DNA from: an uncultured Acidobacteriota bacterium | GTDB lineage: Bacteria > Acidobacteriota > Vicinamibacteria > Marinacidobacterales > SMYC01 | Assembly (NCBI GenBank): GCA_963716925.1 | Contig: CAVQUX010000006.1 | Span: 445,388 to 509,387 of the forward strand | DNA length: 64,000 bases | Reading direction: 5' to 3' | Shown: piece after piece, positions 56,154 through 64,000 of the stretch | Position numbering within the stretch: position 1 is the first letter of the stretch | How the letters are laid out: the number at the start of each line of letters is the position of its first letter | Notes under the pieces: model-generated | Databases searched by the model: none | The model's input: the letters and a program-made list of their open reading frames with translations, nothing else | What the model was told of the DNA's origin: nothing | Program-made: the position numbers and the translations under genes

Positions 56154-56286
56154 TTCGCACCGCCTCACTGCGGGAACCATGGACGCCGAACCGTTCCCGC
56201 TGACGAATGTTGTTCTCTCAGCGCCCCCTACAGGGAATCGCGCAGAAGGGCGTCCATTTTTTCCAGACCCGCGGGAATTTTTTTGG

Positions 56287-58884
56287 CTACCGCACGGGCG
56301 GGCAGCGTGCGAGCCAGCCCGAAAGGCGGTCGAGCTCGTTCGCCCCCCCTGGGTGCAGCTCTCCCTTGGCGCGAAGCCCGAGCCAGAACGTCCGGACGCG
56401 CTCCAGGGCCTCGCATCCCTCGGCGATACTCTCACTCGTCCCCTGCGAAACGAGCGCGCGGCCGAGCCCGTACTCCGCCACGGCTGCCTCCAGCCCGGCG
56501 TATTTGTACTGGGGATCCTCTTCGACCGCCTGGGTGGCCAAGCGGAGCGCTTGGCGGAAGCGACGGGCGCTCCCGCGCGCATCGCGAGCCTTCAGCAGCA
56601 CGTCACCGAGCGCGTTCGCGGCTACGACGAGCGCCATCTGGCTCCAGCGGTCGTGCGGATCCCGGCCCCACGCTTCCTCAGCCACCTCCAAGGCATGTTC
56701 TCGGACCAGGACCGCGCCGGGCACGTCGCCCAAACGCCAGAGGTACTCGCTTTCTCCGTTTAGAGCGAAGAGCAGGATCCGGGTCTTCTGGGCGTCGAGA
56801 GGATCCTCGCGGAGCCCGGCCTCCAGCAGGCCCCGGGCCTGCCGCGTCCGCTCGAGGGCTTCGCCGTAGCGCTCTTGACGAGCCAGGGCCACCGCGAGCT
56901 CGTACGAGGCGGCCGCCAGTCCGGAGCGCGATGCGGCGTCTTCCGGTTGCGCACGCCAGGCGGCCTCGGCTTCCGTCTGGGCCTTACTCGCCCAGTGGAG
57001 CGCGTCATCGCGCCTGCCCTGGAAAGTCTGCACTTCGGCCAGCCGCTGGTAGACGCTCGCCAGGTGTCGGTGGGCGTCGGCGGGAGCGCCCTCGCCGACC
57101 AGTGCCTCGAGGCGCGAAGCCGCGGACAGGAAGGACCGCTCCGCCAGTGCGGGCTCCCCAGTGACTCTCTGTAGAGCGCCCAGCTCGAACTCGATGAGTG
57201 CGAGCCCGAGCACATCCGGCGATTCGACGGGGCTTCGGGCGGCCAGGGACTGACGAATGGTCAGAGCCTTGCCGTAGCTATCGAGAGCGCCCTCTGTATC
57301 ACCGAGGTTGGCGCCAACACCGCCGCCCTGGACCTGCGCGATGCGCTGGTAGGCGTCGGCCAGCTCGCGTCTGAGCGCGAGGTCGTCGCGGGCCTCGCCT
57401 GCAAGCCGGTCGAGGTACTCGAGCGCTCGCGTGACCAGCAAGCGACGCGCTTCCGTCGCGCCGGGCAGGTTGGCGATCGCATCGTGCAGCTCGTAGATGA
57501 CCGAGTTCGCCAACCGGCGAACGTCCTGGAAGCGCGCCTCGGCCTTTCTGCGCTCGGCCTCGGCCACCCGCGCCTGCCGCACGGCGACTCCGAGGCCCGT
57601 CACCAAACTCAGCACCACCATGGCTGCCGCAGCCACTCCCGCCCGGTGCCTCCGCAGGAACTTCGCCGCCCGGTAGGCGCGTCGATCGGCCCGCGCCCGG
57701 ACCGGGAACCCGTCCAGATGTCGACGAACGTCCTCGCCCAGCTCGGCCGCGGTCGCATAGCGTCCCGCCGGATCCCTGCGGAGCGCCTTGAGCACGATGT
57801 TGTCGAGGTCGCCCCGCAGTCCCTTACGCAGCTTTCCGGGAGCCGCCTGCCGCCGCGCGCTGACGTCCGCGGGCGTGATGCTCGGCATCGCGCTTCCGTC
57901 CCGCGCGGTGACTTTCTCCGTGCGAATCAGGGCCGTGGACGGCGGGACCAACGCCTGCTCGAAGATCGCCCGCTCGATCTCCGCTGCGGTCCTGCCACTC
58001 ACCCGGTAGGGACGGTGGCCCGAGAGCAACTCATAGAGGATCACGCCCAGCGAATACACGTCGCTGGCCGTGGTTACCCGCTCGCCGCGCACCTGCTCCG
58101 GGCTCGCGTAGTCGGGGGTCATGAGGCGAATCACCGACGCCGTCTCGTCCACCCCGTCGCCTTCGAACGTGGGACTCAGAAGCTTCGCGATCCCGAAGTC
58201 GAGGAGCTTCGGATTTCCCTCGGCTGTGACGATGACGTTCGACGGCTTGAGGTCGCGGTGGACCACCAAGCTCTGATGCGCGTACTGGACCGCCTCGCAA
58301 ACGCGCAGGAAGAGTAGGAGGCGGACCGGGATCGGGAGCCGACGCGCATCGCAATAGGTGAGCAGATCCTCGCCATCCACGTACTCCATCACGAAGTACG
58401 GAAGCCCTTCGTCGGTCGTCCCACCATCGTAGAGGCGCGCGATCCCGGGATGCTCCAGTCCCGCGAGGATCCGCCGTTCCTGACGGAACCGGCGCACCAC
58501 GAACGCGGTGTCCATCCCCTGCCGGACGACTTTGATCGCGACTTCTTGGCGCAGCCCTGGCTCATCGCGCTCCGCGACGTACACCGTTCCCATCCCGCCC
58601 CGGCCCAGCTCGCGCAGGATGACGTAGTGTCCGATGCGGGGCGGCGGGAGCGCGTCGTCACGCAGGGCGCCATCGCCGCGTTCGGCGGGGTCGAACTCGC
58701 TCGCGGGCGGCGAGTCGAGCACCCCGGGCGCACTGGCGTGGGCGCGCAGCATTCGCTCCACGGCCTCCCGCAGCTCAGCATCACCCGCACAGGCCGCATC
58801 CAGAAGCTCTCCCTGTTCGGACGGCTCAAGCTCGAACGCTCTCTGGAAGACCGCCTTCACTTGATCCCAGCGCGGCGATTTCAT
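56287..58884 (-). CDS. Ser/Thr protein kinase with TM segment and TPR-rich extracytoplasmic region
   Basis: 865 aa. Motifs are GRGGMGTVY, VAIK, HRDLKPSN, DFG and SPE, followed by the TM AGVAAAAMVVLSLVTGLGVAV and a long TPR-like region. Confidence 0.9.
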   Translation of the reverse strand: MKSPRWDQVKAVFQRAFELEPSEQGELLDAACAGDAELREAVERMLRAHASAPGVLDSPPASEFDPAERGDGALRDDALPPPRIGHYVILRELGRGGMGTVYVAERDEPGLRQEVAIKVVRQGMDTAFVVRRFRQERRILAGLEHPGIARLYDGGTTDEGLPYFVMEYVDGEDLLTYCDARRLPIPVRLLLFLRVCEAVQYAHQSLVVHRDLKPSNVIVTAEGNPKLLDFGIAKLLSPTFEGDGVDETASVIRLMTPDYASPEQVRGERVTTASDVYSLGVILYELLSGHRPYRVSGRTAAEIERAIFEQALVPPSTALIRTEKVTARDGSAMPSITPADVSARRQAAPGKLRKGLRGDLDNIVLKALRRDPAGRYATAAELGEDVRRHLDGFPVRARADRRAYRAAKFLRRHRAGVAAAAMVVLSLVTGLGVAVRQARVAEAERRKAEARFQDVRRLANSVIYELHDAIANLPGATEARRLLVTRALEYLDRLAGEARDDLALRRELADAYQRIAQVQGGGVGANLGDTEGALDSYGKALTIRQSLAARSPVESPDVLGLALIEFELGALQRVTGEPALAERSFLSAASRLEALVGEGAPADAHRHLASVYQRLAEVQTFQGRRDDALHWASKAQTEAEAAWRAQPEDAASRSGLAAASYELAVALARQERYGEALERTRQARGLLEAGLREDPLDAQKTRILLFALNGESEYLWRLGDVPGAVLVREHALEVAEEAWGRDPHDRWSQMALVVAANALGDVLLKARDARGSARRFRQALRLATQAVEEDPQYKYAGLEAAVAEYGLGRALVSQGTSESIAEGCEALERVRTFWLGLRAKGELHPGGANELDRLSGWLARCPPVR

Positions 58885-58897
58885 TGGCTGCTCGGTA

Positions 58898-59464
58898 CTA
58901 GCCGGTGCTGAGCGAGTCGTAGAGCCACGCGCGGGCTGTGTTCCAGTCGCGCCACGCGCTCGTGGTCGAGATACGGAGGACTTCGGCGATCTCTTCGAAA
59001 GTCAGCCCTCCGAAGAAGCGCAGTTCCACCACCCGGCTCAGATGAGCGTCGAATCCTCCGAGCCGTGTCAGCGCCTCGTCGAGCGCCAAAAGCCCGCCGT
59101 CGGGCGCTATGCCCGGCTCGGTCACGTCGTTCAGCGAGAGATTGGGCGCCCCCGATCCCCGCTTCGACGCGCGCCGCTTGCGCGCCTCGTCGAGGAGCAC
59201 GCGCCGCATCACGGTGGCCGCCAGGCCAAAGAAATGAGCCCGGTTCTCCGGCCGGGAGCGGTTCTGGTCGACCAGACGAAGATAGGCCTCGTGGACGAGC
59301 GCCGTAGTGCCGATGGTGCCGCCGGGCCGCTCCCGTCTCCGCTGCGCGTGGGCCAGCCGACGGAGGTTCTCGTAGACCAGAGGAAGCAACTGATCGAGGG
59401 CGTCCCGATCTCCCCCGCTCCAGGCGACGAGGAGAACGGTGAGGTCCTCCGCAGGCTCTGCCAT
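58898..59464 (-). CDS. ECF-type RNA polymerase sigma factor (Sigma70_ECF / kinase-associated group)
   Basis: ATG 59464 (MAEPAEDLTVLL...). Contains TTALVHEAYLRLVDQ and a region-4 HTH (LTFEEIAEVLRISTTSAWRDW). Lies 13 nt upstream of the kinase gene. Confidence 0.85.
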   Translation of the reverse strand: MAEPAEDLTVLLVAWSGGDRDALDQLLPLVYENLRRLAHAQRRRERPGGTIGTTALVHEAYLRLVDQNRSRPENRAHFFGLAATVMRRVLLDEARKRRASKRGSGAPNLSLNDVTEPGIAPDGGLLALDEALTRLGGFDAHLSRVVELRFFGGLTFEEIAEVLRISTTSAWRDWNTARAWLYDSLSTG

Positions 59465-59704
59465 GGTCCAATCCGGGGAGATTCTATAGCTTCCGTTGTC
59501 GCGCCGCTCCGGTCCGACTTGAAGCGCTGCCATGGATCGAAAGGATAGGGAATTTCATCCTTCGCGGACGAGTGGGGAGGGCGCAGGGGTGGGTTTGAGT
59601 GAGTAGGTGAGTTCGTCATCGAGTCCGGAGGGAGGGAAGGGGCCCCGGATGCCGACAAGGAGCTCGCCAGTATCGGGTGCCGGCACGGCAAGCACGGGCC
59701 GATT

Positions 59705-59833
59705 GACCGTCGGCGTCGCCGAGAAGCGCGGGATCCCCGCGGTCACCGTCGAGCTCGACGGGGGGCTCGTCGACCAGAGGCCTTGACGAGAAACGTCGTC
59801 GAGCCGGGGGACTACGGATACAAGGTGGGCGAG
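59705..59833 (+). pseudogene. internally deleted remnant of the AstE/AspA-like gene 3' end
   Basis: 59705-59780 matches about 49413-49488 (GAGAAGCGCGGGATCCCCGCGGTCACCGTCGAGCTCGACGGGGGGCTCGTCGACCAGAGGCC). 59781-59833 matches about 49765-49822 (TTGACGAGAAACGTCGTCGAGCCGGGGGACTACGGATACA.GGTGGGCGAGCC). The roughly 275 nt between these segments in the intact gene are missing. Confidence 0.8.
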
Positions 59834-59834
59834 C

Positions 59835-60458
59835 CTACGTCGGATTGAAGCGCCCCTTCTCCAGAAATCGCCGGCACAGCTCCGCGGTGTCCGACGCCAT
59901 CATGATGAGCGTGTGGGTATGGTGGACGACGATGAAGTCCGACATTCCCTCGAGCTTGGCGCCCTCGACCGAGACCACCCCGTCGTTGGGCTCGTCGAAG
60001 CCGATGCGGTGTCCGCGGTCTCCGACGATGACCCCGAACTCGACGGGCGGGACGGGAAGCGTTCGGAAGAACTCCGGGTCGGCGAGCTTCTGCCCGGAGT
60101 CTCCCGTCCACCGCTGGAACAGGCGGTTCTGGCGAAGGGCGGAGGCGAGCTTCGCCGGCCGGTTCGGCGGGGAGAGCATCACGATCCGGCCGAGTCCCGG
60201 GCGGAAGCCTTCACGAAACCCGTTGCGCACGATGATATTTCCGAGGGAATGGCCGACGAAGTGATACGGGGACGCCTGTACTTTCTCCTCGACGAATCTC
60301 CGGAGCGCGCGCGAGAGCTCGTCGAGAGTCGGCCGACTCGGGTGGTAGCCGAAGAGATGGGCTTCGTAGCCCCGGCGCTTCAGGCGATGACCGAGAAGGG
60401 CCATCGAGATCCAGGAGCGCCCCATTCCATGGAGGAGAACGACGGCTTCGCGCTTCAC
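59835..60458 (-). CDS. alpha/beta hydrolase (lipase/esterase-like)
   Basis: GTG 60458 (VKREAVVLLHGMG), 4 nt after the macro-domain stop. Nucleophile elbow GHSLG, and a C-terminal HHTHT motif. Confidence 0.8.
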   Translation of the reverse strand: MKREAVVLLHGMGRSWISMALLGHRLKRRGYEAHLFGYHPSRPTLDELSRALRRFVEEKVQASPYHFVGHSLGNIIVRNGFREGFRPGLGRIVMLSPPNRPAKLASALRQNRLFQRWTGDSGQKLADPEFFRTLPVPPVEFGVIVGDRGHRIGFDEPNDGVVSVEGAKLEGMSDFIVVHHTHTLIMMASDTAELCRRFLEKGRFNPT

Positions 60459-60462
60459 CGGT

Positions 60463-60999
60463 TCACGTGGAGATACCGAGCACCCGCCGCGCAACGCCCG
60501 CGTAAACCAGCCGGTCCGCTTCCGAGAAGCAGCAGAAGACGACGCGATCGGGAAGGGCGTTCATCTCGAGAAACGCCTTCACCGTGGACTGCGCCACTCC
60601 GGCCGCGAGCTCGATGGGGTAGCCGAAGGCCCCGGTGGATATCGACGGAAAGGCGATGGAAGTGAGGCCATGGTCGCGTGCCAGCGTGAGGCTCTTCGCG
60701 TAGCAGCTCGCGAGAAGCTCCGGCTCGCTTCTTTCACCCGCGTGCCACACGGGCCCCACGGTATGAATCACGTGCTTCGCCTTGAGCCTGTAGCCCCTCG
60801 TGATCTTTGCGTCTCCCGTCAGAGCCCCGCCGAGCGTCCGGCACTCGGCGAGGAGCTCCGGTCCGGCTGCGCGGTGGATCGCGCCGTCGACTCCCCCACC
60901 CCCGAGAAGCGTCGAGTTCGCCGCGTTCACGATCGCGTCCACGTCGAGCCCGGTAATGTCGCTGCGCACGATCGAAATGCGGCCCTGGACCGGCGGCAT
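60463..60999 (-). CDS. macro domain protein (O-acetyl-ADP-ribose deacetylase, YmdB-like)
   Basis: 178 aa with [28 protein letters not shown] and [15 protein letters not shown]. Confidence 0.9.
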   Translation of the reverse strand: MPPVQGRISIVRSDITGLDVDAIVNAANSTLLGGGGVDGAIHRAAGPELLAECRTLGGALTGDAKITRGYRLKAKHVIHTVGPVWHAGERSEPELLASCYAKSLTLARDHGLTSIAFPSISTGAFGYPIELAAGVAQSTVKAFLEMNALPDRVVFCCFSEADRLVYAGVARRVLGIST

Positions 61000-61001
61000 G
61001 G

Positions 61002-64000
61002 TTATCGTCCGGCGATGGGTCGATCGTCGGTCTCGTAAATCCCTTCGAGGAGCCAGGGGTAGTCTCCGTACGGCTTCGTCCGCGGCCAGACCTCATCGAG
61101 CGTAGCGCCGTCGTAGAGAACGCCGTCCTTCATCACGTAGACGATGTCCTTCGTGTTCCGGATGTCGTCGAGAGGGTTCCTTTCGAGCACCATCAGGTCG
61201 CCGAGCTTTCCCGGCACGATCGAGCCGAGCTCGTCTCCGAGGCCTAGAAAGTACGCGCCGCCAAGGCTCGCGACCTCGAGCGCGCCCATGGGGCCGAGGG
61301 CGGAGGCCGCCATCCAGACCTCCCAATGCGAGCCCAGACCGTGGTGCTGTCCGTGAGAGCCGATGGCGCCCTGCCCGCCCTCGGCGATGATGTCCGCGAG
61401 GCCCTGAGCGATGAGAGGGTAGCTGTAGTCGGTCGTGGGCCGCTGCGGCCGGCGACGAGTGTGCGGAACGAGCATGCGCCAGGGAAGGAATCGCTGCTGC
61501 TTCGGGTCCCTCCAGATCTCGCTCTCCTGCCAGAAGTACTCCTCGTTCCAGACCGCCGGACCGCCGACGACGAAGGTCGCGGAATAGACGGCTTTCGCGC
61601 GCCCGAAGAACCTGGCGACGTCGGAGTAGATCGGGGCGTAGCTGAGCGGATGCTCCCAGCCCGTCTGTCCATCGAGCATCAGGCTCAGGTTGTACTCGAG
61701 ATCGCCGCCTTCTCCGGTGACTTTCAAGCCGCGTTTCCGGGAGACGTCGGCTATCCACTGCCTCTGGTCGCGGCGAGGCTGCTGGTAGGACTTGATGCTC
61801 GGAGCGCCCCAGGAAGCCAGGCGGGCCACGTTCTGCTCCGCCACTTCATAGCTCGAGATCTCGTTCTGGCGGGGGCCGTCTCCGGAATAGAGCGGATCGC
61901 CCGTAGAGAACGTGCGCGGCCCGAGCATCTCGCCCGCCTCGACGAGCTCCGCGGCGGTAAAGACGTTCTGGGACCACATCGAGTTGTCGAGCGTGGTGGT
62001 GACGCCGTAGGCGAGGTAGACGGCGGACTCCCAGTTGTGGCGAGGAATGACACCGGTGTGATCGCGATGGTGGTGTGCGTGCATGTCGATGAAGCCGGGG
62101 ATGATGGTCTTCCCCGAGACGTCGACGACGCGGTCGACGGACGCCGTCGGGCAATCCGTGCCGGCGCAGCGGATCCAGCCGTCTTCGACCACCACCGTCC
62201 CCCGCTCGACGACCCGCCGGTTGTCGAGGGTCACGATCCGCGCTCCGGTGAGGGCGATGGCCCCTCGCGCCCGTGCCCGGGGAAGCGCGAGCGCGATCTC
62301 CGTCGTGGACGTCGTCTTCGAGGCGATGTCGTACGCGAAGTGGCGCGCGCCGCTTCCGTAATCGAGAACGCCGGCGCTTCTCCAACGGGGGAAGAGACCT
62401 CCCTCGAAGCTGAGCTGGGTCACGGGGAGCTTCGGCTTCTTGCGGTCGATGTGGGGAGGCTCCTTCCCCGCGCCCGCGAAGGGAAGCGGCGCCAGGTAGA
62501 CGTTGTCGCCCTCGGAGAACGCGACCCACTTGCCATCGGGAGACGGCACCGCCTCGTCGGCGTAGGGAAACGTCATATGGACTCTCTTGTCCGAACCGTC
62601 GAGCTTCACCGAGATGAGCGCGGTCTGCTCCAGGGTCTCCCCTTCGTTCTTGATGCCGCTCTGCTCGGGATAGAACACTCGACCTTCGGGTCCGAACGAG
62701 GGAGCCACGATCTGGCGGCGCGGCATCAGAGGCCGTCCTTCGTTGAACGGCCGCTTGGTCTTCACGATGAGCTCCGCCTCGCCACCCACAGCGGGGATGC
62801 GGAGGAGGTCGTACCAGAGGTTGTTCGACCAGGAACGGCCGCGCTGGGTCGCGCCCGAGCCGCGCGCGAGGACGATCGAAGCGCCGTCGGGCGACCAGAC
62901 CGGATGCAGATACTCACCCGGCTCGCGGCTGAGCTTCTCCGGAGCTCCTCCCGAGGCCGGGATCCGCCAGAGATCCCCCACGGTGTCGTCCCAGCTGGTG
63001 AACGCGATCCACTTTCCATCGGGGGAAAAGGCCGGGGAGAGCTCGAAGCTCGTGAACCCGGAAGGCGAGAGCCTTCTCGGCACGCCCGCAGGCAGGTCCT
63101 GGATCCAGATCTTCCCCGCGGCGGTGAACGCGAGCTTGGTTCCGTCGGGCGATACCGAGGGCCAGCGGGTGAAGCGAACGGGGAACGTCGGGCTCTTCAC
63201 GCTGATCTTTCCGTAGGCCATCTCGGAGACCGGGCGGCGCACGCGGGCGGTGAAGGGGATCCTCGAAGTCGCCCCCGTCGCCACGTCGAGCCTCTCGAGC
63301 CTGCCCCCGCGGGAGAGAAAGATCTCTTTCCCGTCGCGCGTGAACACGTACCCTGGAAGGACTCGCAGGGTCTTCATGCCCTCGGCGGCGTCCATCTCGA
63401 TCGGATCGAGAAGGATCCGCTCGCCACCGGTCCGGAGATCGCGAAGCCAGAGAGCGTTGCGCGGCCCGAAGCGGTGGCCTTTGTAAGAGATGGTCCCTCC
63501 GGGAATCCGGCGGGCGAAGGCGAGGAATCGCCCGTCGGGGGAGGACTCGGGAGCGATGGCGCCGCCGCTCGAGCCCTGGTACTGCTGTTGGACCACCCCG
63601 GCCGTTACCTCGATGGTCTCTCCCGTCTCCCGATCCAAGCGGTTGAGCTGAAAGCCGCCGCGGAGGAGATCCACTTCCTCCCCGCCGGAAGCGGTCGAGT
63701 ACTGGTAATAGAGGTAGCGGCCGTCGGGAGAGAGCGACGGCCAGCCCGCGCGACGAACGTCCTTGCCCACGAGCTCGATGCCCTCGCCTCCATCCCGGTG
63801 GTACATCCAGATGCCGGCGGTCCTCGGCTGGCCGAGGGTCTGACGCGACACCACGACGTACTCGCCGTCCGGAGTCCAGACGGGCTCGACCACCCGGGTC
63901 ATCAGGTCCTGGAACACTGGACGAGGGTTGCCCCCGTCGGCGTCCATGATCCACAGATTGTTCTGTCCGGCGCGATCGGAGACGAAAGCGATGGATCGGC
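61002..64000 (-). CDS. TolB-like beta-propeller / amidohydrolase fusion protein (N-terminus outside window)
   Basis: The ORF stays open to the window edge; upstream it reads ...[21 protein letters not shown]. Many SPDG propeller repeats are followed by a metal-dependent amidohydrolase domain ([10 protein letters not shown]...). Confidence 0.85.
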   Translation of the reverse strand, partial: RSIAFVSDRAGQNNLWIMDADGGNPRPVFQDLMTRVVEPVWTPDGEYVVVSRQTLGQPRTAGIWMYHRDGGEGIELVGKDVRRAGWPSLSPDGRYLYYQYSTASGGEEVDLLRGGFQLNRLDRETGETIEVTAGVVQQQYQGSSGGAIAPESSPDGRFLAFARRIPGGTISYKGHRFGPRNALWLRDLRTGGERILLDPIEMDAAEGMKTLRVLPGYVFTRDGKEIFLSRGGRLERLDVATGATSRIPFTARVRRPVSEMAYGKISVKSPTFPVRFTRWPSVSPDGTKLAFTAAGKIWIQDLPAGVPRRLSPSGFTSFELSPAFSPDGKWIAFTSWDDTVGDLWRIPASGGAPEKLSREPGEYLHPVWSPDGASIVLARGSGATQRGRSWSNNLWYDLLRIPAVGGEAELIVKTKRPFNEGRPLMPRRQIVAPSFGPEGRVFYPEQSGIKNEGETLEQTALISVKLDGSDKRVHMTFPYADEAVPSPDGKWVAFSEGDNVYLAPLPFAGAGKEPPHIDRKKPKLPVTQLSFEGGLFPRWRSAGVLDYGSGARHFAYDIASKTTSTTEIALALPRARARGAIALTGARIVTLDNRRVVERGTVVVEDGWIRCAGTDCPTASVDRVVDVSGKTIIPGFIDMHAHHHRDHTGVIPRHNWESAVYLAYGVTTTLDNSMWSQNVFTAAELVEAGEMLGPRTFSTGDPLYSGDGPRQNEISSYEVAEQNVARLASWGAPSIKSYQQPRRDQRQWIADVSRKRGLKVTGEGGDLEYNLSLMLDGQTGWEHPLSYAPIYSDVARFFGRAKAVYSATFVVGGPAVWNEEYFWQESEIWRDPKQQRFLPWRMLVPHTRRRPQRPTTDYSYPLIAQGLADIIAEGGQGAIGSHGQHHGLGSHWEVWMAASALGPMGALEVASLGGAYFLGLGDELGSIVPGKLGDLMVLERNPLDDIRNTKDIVYVMKDGVLYDGATLDEVWPRTKPYGDYPWLLEGIYETDDRPIAGR

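Larger units (their letters stand above)
51022..56286 (-). repeat. four tandem units of about 1.3 kb (HAF gene plus conserved 5' leader)
   Basis: Unit starts are spaced about 1.32-1.33 kb apart. The intergenic leaders 52177-52337, 53496-53657, 54828-54992 and 56154-56286 share long identical strings (for example GGCGCTGACAGAACAACATTCGTCAGCGGGA and GAGGCGGTGCGAAATG on the coding strand). Confidence 0.85.

Noticed and set aside
51022-56286. The repetitive 51-56 kb region as a CRISPR array, satellite or mobile element.
   Set aside because: The periodicity is that of protein repeats (about 132 nt) inside intact ORFs, plus gene-scale duplication of 1.3 kb. There is no repeat-spacer structure and there are no transposase or integrase genes.
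52177-56286. A canonical ECF promoter (GGAAC ... CGTC) in the conserved HAF leaders.
   Set aside because: The only GGAAC/GAAC and CGTC pairs I found are about 26 nt apart rather than the expected 16-17 nt. I therefore make no promoter call and record only the conservation.
56154-56582. N-terminal extension of the fourth HAF gene (529-aa track ORF).
   Set aside because: The extension is Arg/Ser/Gly-rich and overlaps the 3' end of the kinase gene. All four paralogues share the same internal start context (GAGGCGGTGCGAAATG) and signal peptide.
59555-59746. The 63-aa ORF on the minus strand between the sigma factor gene and the hydrolase.
   Set aside because: It lies antisense to the AstE-like remnant and has no start context or recognisable features, so it is most likely non-coding.
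49413-60265. The repeat-bracketed segment as a classical genomic island or integrative element.
   Set aside because: It has no integrase, recombinase, tRNA target or short att-like terminal repeats. The flanking repeats are gene-derived and diverged, which points to duplication or recombination instead.
1-64000. Programmed ribosomal frameshifting or transcriptional slippage as the cause of the twelve frame changes.
   Set aside because: The sites share no common slippery heptamer or downstream structure that I can see. They occur in unrelated genes, including pyruvate kinase, and mostly coincide with simple G/C runs. A technical indel bias is the simpler explanation.

Overview
GC-rich bacterial chromosomal window with about 50 protein-coding genes. 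I recognised no rRNA, tRNA, CRISPR array, transposase or integrase. The gene content suggests an Acidobacteriota-like soil bacterium, but that is inference only: a TonB-dependent receptor with a carboxypeptidase-regulatory-like N-terminus, an ECF sigma / Ser-Thr kinase pair, HAF-repeat proteins and TolB-propeller fusions.

Layout:
- 1-21 kb: mostly envelope and housekeeping genes. These include TonB, a TonB-dependent receptor, an M20 peptidase, an OmpA-like protein, a Cache-HAMP-cyclase-kinase fusion with a cupredoxin-like partner, a porin, a GNAT, a sulfatase-like lipoprotein, an S9 peptidase, a 1-Cys peroxiredoxin and pyruvate kinase.
- 21-25 kb: a reductase-sulfotransferase-desaturase lipid operon.
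- 26-32 kb: a heavy-metal RND efflux operon preceded by a small Cys-rich ORF.
- 32-41 kb: the most interesting locus. It is a tightly packed NfeD / flotillin / bitopic vWA / tubulin-like GTPase / degenerate tubulin-like paralogue module. An orphan pseudopilin-propeller gene, a PilX-like gene and a TPR gene lie upstream of it.
- 45-50 kb: a peptide-type ABC importer without ATPase genes, followed by an AstE/AspA-like deacylase.
- 49.4-60.3 kb: an accessory segment bracketed by a diverged direct duplication (deacylase 3' end plus alpha/beta-hydrolase). It contains an RHH/Doc toxin-antitoxin pair, four tandem HAF-repeat paralogues, and an ECF sigma / Ser-Thr kinase pair.
- 60-64 kb: an amidohydrolase-propeller / macro-domain / hydrolase operon.

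Twelve conserved-gene reading frames are interrupted. All twelve interruptions have the same sign (+1 nt), and most sit at G/C runs. I interpret this mainly as an assembly or base-calling artefact. It limits certainty for several calls, including the tubulin-like gene.
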